Positions 19,156 through 27,790 of a stretch of DNA of 64,000 nucleotides are shown piece by piece; the stretch's first letter is position 1, and every line of letters starts with the position of its first letter. The translations under genes and the position numbers were made by a program. The notes under the pieces were generated by a model. That model did not search any database and was not told the origin of the DNA. It was given only the letters and a program-made list of their open reading frames with translations. This DNA comes from a virus. The stretch covers positions 32,001 through 96,000 of IMG/VR virus record IMGVR_UViG_3300045971_000163. One strand, written 5' to 3'.

Positions 19156-20691
19156 TTATCCTTTAGTGAATGCTTTCATGCACTCGATGTAATATTTACG
19201 CATTTCAGGGAACACTTCCATAAATTCTGTGTTGCGCCTGTTATCGTACTCAGTTATGAACTCGTAGAATGTCACTTTGTTTGTTAGTGTTTGCTGTGGT
19301 GGCAATTCCTGTTCCATTATAGCAAGATCACGTTTAACTTTCAATATCTCATATGGTTTGAATCCCTCAAACGTTGTAGAGTAATCGTCTTGCTGTACAT
19401 TCTCTTCCATAAACGCGAGCACTTCCTTTACTTGTTCAATGCCCCATTGTCCAGCATTTTGAATACTGAACCACGGAGGGTATCTCAAAATTGGTATATC
19501 GAACCAAATACGCTGATGCTTTTTAATCGTTACAGGCGGATGTTTGAAATCACCATTATCTGGCGGGTATATAACATAGTCCTCTTGCACACGACCACCA
19601 AACTCTTTGCGCAAGTCTAAAATCATTTGCAAAAACTGTCGCAGCGATGGAATACTTAGCAAGGTAAACGTGTTGATGAAACTAATACTTGAGTATTTTG
19701 TTTCACGCAAGTAAGTACGCACGTTAGCTAACATTTGCTCAAAGTCTAATCCAGTACGCATATACTCTGCTTGCTTACCATATCCGTCCACGCTGACAAA
19801 CACCATAAAGTGTTTGTATGCTGGCGCCACATACCAGTTATTTTGCGAGTTCTCGTTGAAGTTTTCTTTGTCTTCCCAAATACGAACTTCCTCTAATGCT
19901 TGCACTTTGCTTATAAACTTGGTAAACAGTTTCTGATCTGGAGGGCAAAAGTTGCTCGTAATAGATAGCTCAAGTTGTCCATTTGGATGTTCGTTTACAT
20001 AGTCAAGAACTTTAAAAGTGTTCTTGTCCATCAACGGCTCGCCACCCGTCATTCGGAATACTTTTAGCTGCCTATATATTGTAGGCCACCATTCCCAAAA
20101 TGCCGATACATACGGATTGTCTTTGTTTGCTACTTTAAGCGGCATCATACCGCGCTTGGCTAATGCGTCTATGTTATTGTGCGCACCAGTGCTCAACATG
20201 TAGGGACCAAACTTTTTAATCTCATCTTCCCATGTTGTGGACAAGTGTGGAGAGCAGTACATACATTTAAAATTGCATGCTTGGTTGAAGTTTACCTCTA
20301 CATAACGAGGGGTAACGCTTTCATCTATAGTGCCGCTTGCTACTTCGTTAAAGGTGGGCGCTGCCCACCATTCACTAGAACGGTAATGACGGTCAGATAA
20401 ATGGTCTCCTGCGTCCTCTACTTTCCAGCAGTAAGCACAGCCAGGTGGTCGCTCGCCAGCGATCATTTGCTTACGCTCGTGTATTTTTATTTTTGTATTG
20501 TGTAGCGCAGATGGTGATGCTGCTAACTCGTCTAGCGGAATAAGGTGCGCTGGCGGGTGATAACATGATTGTGTCATGCCTGCTGGCAAGTTGATGCTTA
20601 CTTGCTGCCATTTTGCTAGGCAGAGTGAAGGCGACACTGCATTTAACTTGGTTCGCATTTCTGCGGCAGCGTCATTATATTCCATTACCAA
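19156..20691 (-). CDS. Radical SAM enzyme with N-terminal Twitch-like domain
   Basis: LCLAKW...SCYHP...CAYCWKVE then CNFKCMYC, TGGEPL, SVDG. Confidence 0.9.
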   Translation of the reverse strand: MVMEYNDAAAEMRTKLNAVSPSLCLAKWQQVSINLPAGMTQSCYHPPAHLIPLDELAASPSALHNTKIKIHERKQMIAGERPPGCAYCWKVEDAGDHLSDRHYRSSEWWAAPTFNEVASGTIDESVTPRYVEVNFNQACNFKCMYCSPHLSTTWEDEIKKFGPYMLSTGAHNNIDALAKRGMMPLKVANKDNPYVSAFWEWWPTIYRQLKVFRMTGGEPLMDKNTFKVLDYVNEHPNGQLELSITSNFCPPDQKLFTKFISKVQALEEVRIWEDKENFNENSQNNWYVAPAYKHFMVFVSVDGYGKQAEYMRTGLDFEQMLANVRTYLRETKYSSISFINTFTLLSIPSLRQFLQMILDLRKEFGGRVQEDYVIYPPDNGDFKHPPVTIKKHQRIWFDIPILRYPPWFSIQNAGQWGIEQVKEVLAFMEENVQQDDYSTTFEGFKPYEILKVKRDLAIMEQELPPQQTLTNKVTFYEFITEYDNRRNTEFMEVFPEMRKYYIECMKAFTKG

Positions 20692-21641
20692 CCCTCAAGT
20701 TTCCTAATTACTGAAATCTCTGTCGTCATCAGTGCTAGGTTTTTGTGCCCTGTTGCGTAGTGGTGCTTGAAAAACTTTGATTGGTCGTAGTCGTAGTCAA
20801 CAATAGGCAGCGACAATTTTTGTTGTAACCCGTTCCATATGTCGCATTGCAAACTTGACCAATCACGAGAATCTATTTCTTGAAATTCAAACTCTACATC
20901 TTCCCACAGTTCTTCTAGTTTAGCAAAGTCTTGTACATCACGGTAGTCCCAGTCTTTGCCAAGCATAGTTAAGTAAGTGCCGTATCGTGCGCCCCACATC
21001 GCGTAGTTACCGTTCGTTACATCAGCACCAACACTCTGCCAGATACATAGATGGTCGTAGTTACGATTATGTACTTTTTCCTCAAACTCTTTGAGCGTGG
21101 GTTTTGCTCCACGGTCGAGGCACATTTTTACACCTTCCCTGAAGCCTGCTCTCCATGCTTGGAACGGTGAAGCGTTAGGGTAAGTGGTTGAGTAGCAGTT
21201 GTGCATGGCAATGTATTTTGGATCATAGCAAAACTCAACCGCAGTGTCATCACTACCATTGCTAGCCTCATGTGTTTTCATGTTGTAAACAAACTCTTTG
21301 CTCCAGCATGACATGCCACCGTTACCGTACATTAGTCCGTTGATGTGGTTACGGGCTTTCCAGCGAAATGCTTTACCCTTGTCCTCTACATCGTCTAGTG
21401 TAAGTTGTAGGTTAAAAAATTCTGCGTCAGGTAGATTATCGCCGTCAATGAGCACAAAGTAATCTGTGTCGCTTGCATCTGCCGCTGCCTTGTGCGCTGC
21501 ATCACTACCCTTAACCCCGTCTACTCGTTTTGCCCACGGCACCATGTTTTGAATCTTAATCCAAAACTCTTCTTTTTTCGGCTCATCAAACGTAAGGAAA
21601 ACGCAATCCAAATCCGCAATATCAATAATCTGTTTAGTCAT
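20685..21641 (-). CDS. GT-A fold glycosyltransferase-like protein
   Basis: VFLTFDEP, RVDGVKGSDAAH, DxD motif IDGDN, YGNGG, AWRAGFREGVK. Confidence 0.65.
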   Translation of the reverse strand: MTKQIIDIADLDCVFLTFDEPKKEEFWIKIQNMVPWAKRVDGVKGSDAAHKAAADASDTDYFVLIDGDNLPDAEFFNLQLTLDDVEDKGKAFRWKARNHINGLMYGNGGMSCWSKEFVYNMKTHEASNGSDDTAVEFCYDPKYIAMHNCYSTTYPNASPFQAWRAGFREGVKMCLDRGAKPTLKEFEEKVHNRNYDHLCIWQSVGADVTNGNYAMWGARYGTYLTMLGKDWDYRDVQDFAKLEELWEDVEFEFQEIDSRDWSSLQCDIWNGLQQKLSLPIVDYDYDQSKFFKHHYATGHKNLALMTTEISVIRKLEGW

Positions 21642-21990
21642 ATTTTATGTCGCTGTAATATTCGTGTTCAAAATCTTCGTCTTCTTCAAGTATCAACGCA
21701 GCATGTTTCTTTGCTACCTTATACTGATCGCCGCCTTGTGCAAGCTTTTTATATTTTGGCGACCTGTCAATCAATTTCAACTTGCCGTTCCGTACACAAT
21801 ACTCAAAAAAGTTATCGTACTCAACTCGTGTCACCACAATGTAGTTACCAGATTCTGGATGTTGCTGCATACAGCACATTATGATATCACCAGCATCATT
21901 ATAGTAAACTCTGTACTCTAACTCAAGTGGTTTGACTGGTTCTATTAGCTCAAATGCTTTTATTAGCTCATCTAAAGAGTTCATGCTCAT
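21634..21990 (-). CDS. Hypothetical protein
   Basis: 118-aa ORF overlapping both neighbours. Confidence 0.65.
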   Translation of the reverse strand: MSMNSLDELIKAFELIEPVKPLELEYRVYYNDAGDIIMCCMQQHPESGNYIVVTRVEYDNFFEYCVRNGKLKLIDRSPKYKKLAQGGDQYKVAKKHAALILEEDEDFEHEYYSDIKYD

Positions 21991-22822
21991 ACTCCTTAAT
22001 AATATCGTCCGTTACCCATTCTTTTTCGTGGTAGTGTACGGGATGATATTGATTTACAGTGCCAATACGCAACATTGGCAAATCAAGTTCAAATGTCGTA
22101 GTTTCGTGCCATGGTTTTTCTGGCCATTGATTGATAGCTGATTTCATGTGTACAAAGTTGATGAATTCTGCTGTAGGCAATGTACATTGTTCAACACCTA
22201 GCAGTTTAGCAGTTAACGCATACACCACATCAGTAGTTGGATGTGGATCTCTACAGTTTTTTAGTGTGTTGCTTACTGTATCCCAGTTTTCAAAAATCAT
22301 TCTCGCTACATTAAAAAATGTCGTTGAAAGTCGTGTGTATCTAAAATACATTAGCCCATTGTAAGTATCTGGCAACTGGTTGTCGTCAAATACACGGCGA
22401 TATTTTCTGCTCGTTGCTGTTTTTTGCTGATAGTCTTTACATCCAGTGCTTAACACTATATCACGCAACCTAAACGCATGCCACCAATGCGAAATACTTC
22501 TGGTGAATAAAATGTCGCTCTCTACTTTTATCGTTTCTTTAAACGGCGTTAGGTCGCCCACTTGCCACTCGTTGGACAACTTCCATTCTTCGTCTTTAGC
22601 AGTGTCGTTATCAATCAAAATAACATAGTCAAACACTTTCCTATGTTTGTTTGTTACTTCTTTCATTGTCTGCTCGTCAACTAGCACAGCATACTTTTCT
22701 GTTGGCATCGTTAGCTTAATGCTCATTGCTTGTAAGTATGCCAGCCGCAGATAATCTGTGTCGCTATTGTTTTGCGCAATAGTCACAAATCCTTTTTGCT
22801 CTTGGTGTGGTGTTATCCGCAT
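21968..22822 (-). CDS. GT-A (GT8-like) glycosyltransferase-like protein
   Basis: GFVTIAQN..DYLRLA, TPFKETIKVESD, C-terminal FVHMK; paralog of the next gene. Confidence 0.55.
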   Translation of the reverse strand: MRITPHQEQKGFVTIAQNNSDTDYLRLAYLQAMSIKLTMPTEKYAVLVDEQTMKEVTNKHRKVFDYVILIDNDTAKDEEWKLSNEWQVGDLTPFKETIKVESDILFTRSISHWWHAFRLRDIVLSTGCKDYQQKTATSRKYRRVFDDNQLPDTYNGLMYFRYTRLSTTFFNVARMIFENWDTVSNTLKNCRDPHPTTDVVYALTAKLLGVEQCTLPTAEFINFVHMKSAINQWPEKPWHETTTFELDLPMLRIGTVNQYHPVHYHEKEWVTDDIIKEYEHELFR

Positions 22823-23574
22823 ATTCGTGTTATGAACCGTAAATGTGCATCGCTTAACAAATACTGTTTGTCAATGACATGTATATTTTGTCTCGCAATA
22901 GCGTGTGCTTTATTTTCCTCTTTTACTATTAGCAAGTTACCCTTTACTGTAATGCTAGACACTTTGTCTTTAATCGTTAACATTGTAAAGGGTAGCTTAC
23001 ACTTTTCTTCCGTTGCGTATCCGTTTAGAACATGGTTGGCAATGGTGAATGCGTAGTCGTTGCGGAAGTTTGATTGATCAATCTGAAACAGTTTACAGTA
23101 ATACGCATAGTTACGCTGGACTTTACCCGCTAGATCAAATAGTTGCTTTGCTTTTAGTGTTTTCTTAAACGCTATCACCGTTGCCCACACATAGGGCAGG
23201 CTAGTAATGCCCATTGTGTATGTTGCGTCAGTGGCAAGCATCTTGTTATCGTGAACGATTTGATAATCTTCTAAAGTGTTTAGTATTTGCACTAACGAGT
23301 CATCTAGCATTAAGTAGTCGCTGTCAATGAGCAATGTTTCATCATACGGGCTTAACTCAAATGCGTTAAATCTGTTGCCGTTACGCCATTCTGTGCCGCC
23401 CTCATACTCACCTATACGCTTGTTTTCTAGTGTATTTTCTATATCTTCGTCAGTGATGATTGTGGTAGGCAGGTTCAGTGTGCTTTTAACTAGTTTTGCT
23501 GCTCGTGCTGCTATTTCCACATAGTCTACTGTGGGCGTATTAAACGCAAACATCACTACACCGCGTGTGCTCAT
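22813..23574 (-). CDS. GT-A (GT8-like) glycosyltransferase-like protein
   Basis: GVVMFAFN..DYVEIA, SPYDETLLIDSDY (DxD), WATV, FRNDYA. Confidence 0.6.
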   Translation of the reverse strand: MSTRGVVMFAFNTPTVDYVEIAARAAKLVKSTLNLPTTIITDEDIENTLENKRIGEYEGGTEWRNGNRFNAFELSPYDETLLIDSDYLMLDDSLVQILNTLEDYQIVHDNKMLATDATYTMGITSLPYVWATVIAFKKTLKAKQLFDLAGKVQRNYAYYCKLFQIDQSNFRNDYAFTIANHVLNGYATEEKCKLPFTMLTIKDKVSSITVKGNLLIVKEENKAHAIARQNIHVIDKQYLLSDAHLRFITRICG

Positions 23575-23885
23575 AGTTTCCTCAACTTCTTAAGCTCTGC
23601 GTGTTCTGTGTGCCAGTAGTTCATTACCTTTTGATAATGTTGCTGTGCTGTTACTAGAAAAACTTGCCTGCCAACCTCAATAGGATTGTTATAAGTATCC
23701 TCAATGTAAAGTGTATCTACTGGCCAAGTTGACACAAATGCTAGTAACTCTGGTGTGATTTTGAATAGCCCACCGTTATGAGCAAAATGTAGATCAGTTT
23801 GGATTTTTTCTCGTAAAATAGTTTTGTTGGTTTGGTAATCAGTTGCTAACTTTATTTGTGCAACTAATGTTTCGGTTTCACTCAT
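23571..23885 (-). CDS. Hypothetical phage protein (start reassigned to ATG at 23885)
   Basis: ORF-track start lies inside a stem-loop; MSETETL start follows it; ATGA overlap with the downstream gene. Confidence 0.65.
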   Translation of the reverse strand: MSETETLVAQIKLATDYQTNKTILREKIQTDLHFAHNGGLFKITPELLAFVSTWPVDTLYIEDTYNNPIEVGRQVFLVTAQQHYQKVMNYWHTEHAELKKLRKL

Positions 23886-23899
23886 TGTGTTTTGTCCAT

Positions 23900-23929
23900 A
23901 AAAATAGGTAAGTTGTGACACTTACCTAT
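23900..23929 (-). terminator. Stem-loop/terminator separating tail-fibre genes from the modification island
   Basis: ATAGGTAAG-N8-CTTACCTAT perfect 9-bp stem followed by a T tract on the minus strand. Confidence 0.6.
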
Positions 23930-23973
23930 ATTTTAGCATGGAAGCTGGTTATGCTTCAACTATTTTGGCTGTA

Positions 23974-24843
23974 TTAAGTTAATACTGGTGTGCCCCACAC
24001 GTTTGTTAAGTTTGTGGTTTCTGGGTAGATTGCATAGGCTGTTACTGTGAGTGACAGTACCACTGTACCACCAAAAGAATTATCAGCTGGAATAGTTAAC
24101 GTTGCGTTATGCATAACTGATGCACCGTTTGCCCCATTTGTGGTATCTGCCACTGAGGCTGAATAAATGGATTGGCTAGCTGATGTAGTTGCATATGGTG
24201 CTGCTGAAGCAGTAGTTGATACTAACGACGATACAGTAGTTAATCCGCGATAGCCAACGGCTGTAATATTGTTTGTTGCATTATTAACAGTAACATTGAG
24301 TGCAGAAAAATCATTTTTTGCTGCAATTGATCGCGCTGTGCCAGAAGAATCAACTGCCGAGCAAACAAATTGTATTCTGCCACCACAATTAAAAAATAAT
24401 CTTGCTTGGTTTGCTGAAGCAAAAGTAACTGTACTGATAACAGATGGTGTTGCTGCTGCGGTAGCAGCAATATTAACTGACCCTGTTTTAGTGCCCAATG
24501 ACACCGTTGCCCCACTGGATGCATAATTTGCTCTATTAGTATACGCCGTATTCACCGCAGCTTGTAATGTACTTAAATATGTAATTGTATTACCGGCTGT
24601 AGGTGCTGAAATACCAGATCCAGCCCCAGCTTGGTGAGTAAGTATACTATTAAGATTATTAATCAGTGATGCCCATTGTACTGCGGTTACTGTGTCAGTA
24701 CCAGCAGTTACCACTGGAATTGCAGTTTGACCATAACCAGCGGCGCCACTGCCAGTGGACCAAACCGTGTTTAGCTGATTAGTGCCGTTAATTAAATTGT
24801 TGTAATCTGATGCCTGAATCAGGCCGCCTGATGCGTATGTCAT
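23974..24843 (-). CDS. Virion structural/tail-fibre-associated protein
   Basis: A/T/S/G-rich; MTYASGGLIQASDYNN...GYGQ, ARLFFNCGG; lies in the fibre cluster; ATAAATA at 24867-24873. Confidence 0.6.
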   Translation of the reverse strand: MTYASGGLIQASDYNNLINGTNQLNTVWSTGSGAAGYGQTAIPVVTAGTDTVTAVQWASLINNLNSILTHQAGAGSGISAPTAGNTITYLSTLQAAVNTAYTNRANYASSGATVSLGTKTGSVNIAATAAATPSVISTVTFASANQARLFFNCGGRIQFVCSAVDSSGTARSIAAKNDFSALNVTVNNATNNITAVGYRGLTTVSSLVSTTASAAPYATTSASQSIYSASVADTTNGANGASVMHNATLTIPADNSFGGTVVLSLTVTAYAIYPETTNLTNVWGTPVLT

Positions 24844-24861
24844 AATATTAAATCCTTGATT

Positions 24862-26808
24862 TTATGTATTTATCTTAACAATAGCATTAATTAACTTTTC
24901 TAATGCATTATCGTTCGTTTCCAACGCACGGCCAATCACGTTAAATGCAGTTAATTCTGCCATTTCTGCTGCCCTTGCTACGCCGTTTCCAGCACTTACT
25001 AACCTGTCGCCTTTTTTCACTGTCCCAACCACCCTAACTGGCGCTTTACCAGCCAAAACTACTGCGGGATGCGTTTCGTTACTACCAGATTCCGCATTCA
25101 TTAAATATGCTGGATTCGTAGATACAACACCAAAAATTTTCTCGCTGCTATCACGTAGTTCCATTGTAACTTCAGCAGTTCCGCCAATGGTCAACACCGT
25201 GCCAGGTACATACTCTGCGTCAGCCGCAAAGCGTTCTGCCAAGTCAGCGTAGTTTGCTGTTGACGCATTACCATTAAACGTCGTAGCATACACTGCATTG
25301 AACTTTAAACCACTGGAACCAATGTTGTATACATTGTTAAACCCTGCGGCTGGGATAATATTTCCAGTAATTGCTGTTAAGTTTACTGCTCCAGCACTAA
25401 TTCCGTCAACATACCCTTTCGTAGCAATAGTAGTAGGTACATCGCCTGTAACAGGGGTTATAGTAGTTGCTTTACCTGTGGTGCCATCAATGCTAATAAC
25501 GTTGGTAGGCACACCACCAACTTTAACAGACAAGTACATTGACTTCCCAGATACATCACTAACTAAATTTACTGCGTTTGAGTTGACATTAACTTTAAAG
25601 TCTGCTGATGCGCCAATAGAAATACCAGTATTAGTAGTAATACTTGGGGCAACCGTAAACACTGCGTTAGCTGCGTTATCTAATCTAGCGTAGCTAGTTG
25701 CTAACACACCAGATAACCTAGAAGAGTCATACGCTAACCCTGTGAAATTTGTAGCATATATATTAGCAAATGATGCTGCTACAGAACCCAAATTGTATGA
25801 TCCTGTGGTTTGCGGTAAAATAGTGCCAGTAATTTCGTTAGCACCATCTCGCATTAGCGCCGCGCTAGTTGAGCCAGAAGTAACACTATCAAGATACCCC
25901 TTAGTTACGATTGTAGCTGCTGGGTCCGACACTGTCGTAGTCTGTGCACTTGCTTTGCCTGTTGTGCCATCTAACCAGATAAGTTTAGTTGCTGTACCGC
26001 CTACTGTAGCGTACAATCCCAAATCACAGCCTGTAATATTGCTAATTAATTGCGTATCTGTGTTGGAAGTTTTTACTGTGAAGTTACTGCTTGCACCAAC
26101 AGTTAATCCATTGTTTGCAGTAATTGCCAACGCACCAGTCAACGTACCAGGTACGTCAGTACGCAAGTAGTTTGCTGCTATAATTCCACCCAATTTGGCA
26201 GCATTGTCCGTCAAACCATAGTAGCCTAAGCTGTTTTCTGACGACAAGTTAAAACCTGGGTTAATAATGCTGAAACCAGGGATTGTTGTGATAGTAAACG
26301 ATGGGTCTTTGCTTAGGATAGCGACTACAGTGTTGAACACTGTAAATTTAATAATAATGTGTGATTGTCCGCCGCCTGCTTCAAGGATGCTATCCGCAAC
26401 CATACCAGTTTGCCCAGTGTTAGCACTGTTCATTGGGCCAATAATTTTCCATTCTGTGCCCGCATACGCTTTCAACTGTAAATTAACTGGGTCCCACCAA
26501 ATATCACCAGCCATTGGGTTGGTTGGTTGCGTTGGAGTAGAGCCTGATACTGTTTTCCAGCCAGAGTTAGACCTGATACTAAGGCGTTTGTTTGTGGTAT
26601 CCCACCATAATTGACCTTCAACTGCGGCGCGAGGTTCTGTACTATTAGCAAAGTTCTCTAAGATTTGAACAAAATTCTCGTTCAAAAACTTACCGTAGCC
26701 TGGGTAATTCTTGCCAATTAGGGTCAAACTTGACGCTGATTCATCCACTTGCCCGTCTGGGACAGTAACCAGTGGTTGACCATTAGAAAGTGTTATATTG
26801 TATGCCAT
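24862..26808 (-). CDS. Tail fibre protein with C-terminal intramolecular chaperone (peptidase G2/IMC-like)
   Basis: Shared N-terminus LTLIGKNYPGYG...LENFAN...GQLWWD; C-terminal ANYADLAERF..D..Y.PGTV..GG..EVT, GVVSTNPAYLMN, VKKGDRLVS, IGRALE. Confidence 0.8.
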   Translation of the reverse strand: MAYNITLSNGQPLVTVPDGQVDESASSLTLIGKNYPGYGKFLNENFVQILENFANSTEPRAAVEGQLWWDTTNKRLSIRSNSGWKTVSGSTPTQPTNPMAGDIWWDPVNLQLKAYAGTEWKIIGPMNSANTGQTGMVADSILEAGGGQSHIIIKFTVFNTVVAILSKDPSFTITTIPGFSIINPGFNLSSENSLGYYGLTDNAAKLGGIIAANYLRTDVPGTLTGALAITANNGLTVGASSNFTVKTSNTDTQLISNITGCDLGLYATVGGTATKLIWLDGTTGKASAQTTTVSDPAATIVTKGYLDSVTSGSTSAALMRDGANEITGTILPQTTGSYNLGSVAASFANIYATNFTGLAYDSSRLSGVLATSYARLDNAANAVFTVAPSITTNTGISIGASADFKVNVNSNAVNLVSDVSGKSMYLSVKVGGVPTNVISIDGTTGKATTITPVTGDVPTTIATKGYVDGISAGAVNLTAITGNIIPAAGFNNVYNIGSSGLKFNAVYATTFNGNASTANYADLAERFAADAEYVPGTVLTIGGTAEVTMELRDSSEKIFGVVSTNPAYLMNAESGSNETHPAVVLAGKAPVRVVGTVKKGDRLVSAGNGVARAAEMAELTAFNVIGRALETNDNALEKLINAIVKINT

Positions 26809-26842
26809 TTAGATCTAAACTCCAATTTGTGTATCTTACTCT

Positions 26843-26849
26843 TATTTAT
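26843..26849 (-). promoter_or_regulatory. Late promoter (ATAAATA)
   Basis: Intergenic motif 35 nt upstream of the 26808 ATG. Confidence 0.65.
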
Positions 26850-26858
26850 CCGCGGATA

Positions 26859-27788
26859 TTAACTTATTGTTCCTAAACGTGTGCCAACTGCATTCCAAGT
26901 AACTAAACCGTTACCAATAACTGCTGAGCCTGCTGCTCCACCAGCATAATTAGCTCCAGGACCCCCGATCCTACTTACTAAAGGTGCCCCAGTGCCCGGA
27001 GCACCTGGTTGACCCAAATCTCCACCTTTACCGCCAATACTGTACCAGCCAGAGTTATTACCCAACCCGCCCGTTGTTGCGGTTCCAGCTATTCCGTCTC
27101 CACCATAATTAGTAAATCGAGTTGCAAAAGTATTTGGCCCGTGTAATCCACCTGCTCCTGCAATAATGCCAGCACCGCCACCGCCTGGTGCGCCTGACAA
27201 TTCCCAATATCCATTATCGCCACTGAGTGATGATCCTCCGCCACCACCACCACCTGCCATTGTCCCGTTATTTGTGACTGTTACAGCAACTGATGTTGAA
27301 AATGCTGCCCCACCTGGCTGCCCAGGCCCAGCACTCCAAGTATCAGTACCACTACTTTGTGCGTATGAAAACCATTGGTTTGCGCCGCCAATACCACCTT
27401 TTCCAACAATGTAGCCATTGTTAATTAAAGATACTCCGCCAGGAAAAGACCCAGCTATAAACAAAGCTGGAGTAGCCACAGTGTTACTCATAATGATAAC
27501 CCCAACATTAATAGTAGCAGCCAATGGAGTAGCACTATTCCATCCAGCCGCTATCGCCATTGCTCGCAAATCTAAATTAGCTTGATTTGATGAAACTACG
27601 AGTACAAACTGATTTGCTGCTCCGTGAAACTGTGATAACGACATGGTCCCTGATAATGGGACATTTGGGGCACCGGCACCAACAATTCCGCCATTACGAT
27701 GGTACGCAGAAAAATTTACTGCACCAGATTTAGCAAATTCTGTTCGCAATGATGAGAAACTTAAAGTACCGGTGGTTGGTAGAGTCAT
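26859..27788 (-). CDS. Glycine-rich receptor-binding adhesin (T-even gp38-like)
   Basis: LINNGYIVGKGG, NNGTMAGGGGGGG, GGGAG, GGKGGDLGQPG, GGAAGSAV..N...W...GTRLG; directly after a fibre gene. Confidence 0.7.
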   Translation of the reverse strand: MTLPTTGTLSFSSLRTEFAKSGAVNFSAYHRNGGIVGAGAPNVPLSGTMSLSQFHGAANQFVLVVSSNQANLDLRAMAIAAGWNSATPLAATINVGVIIMSNTVATPALFIAGSFPGGVSLINNGYIVGKGGIGGANQWFSYAQSSGTDTWSAGPGQPGGAAFSTSVAVTVTNNGTMAGGGGGGGSSLSGDNGYWELSGAPGGGGAGIIAGAGGLHGPNTFATRFTNYGGDGIAGTATTGGLGNNSGWYSIGGKGGDLGQPGAPGTGAPLVSRIGGPGANYAGGAAGSAVIGNGLVTWNAVGTRLGTIS

Positions 27789-27790
27789 AA

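Noticed and set aside
1-23574. Bacterial chromosomal capsule/LPS locus (prophage flank)
   Set aside because: There are no export or polymerase genes (wzx/wzy/kps), the genes carry phage late promoters, and they are contiguous with virion genes.
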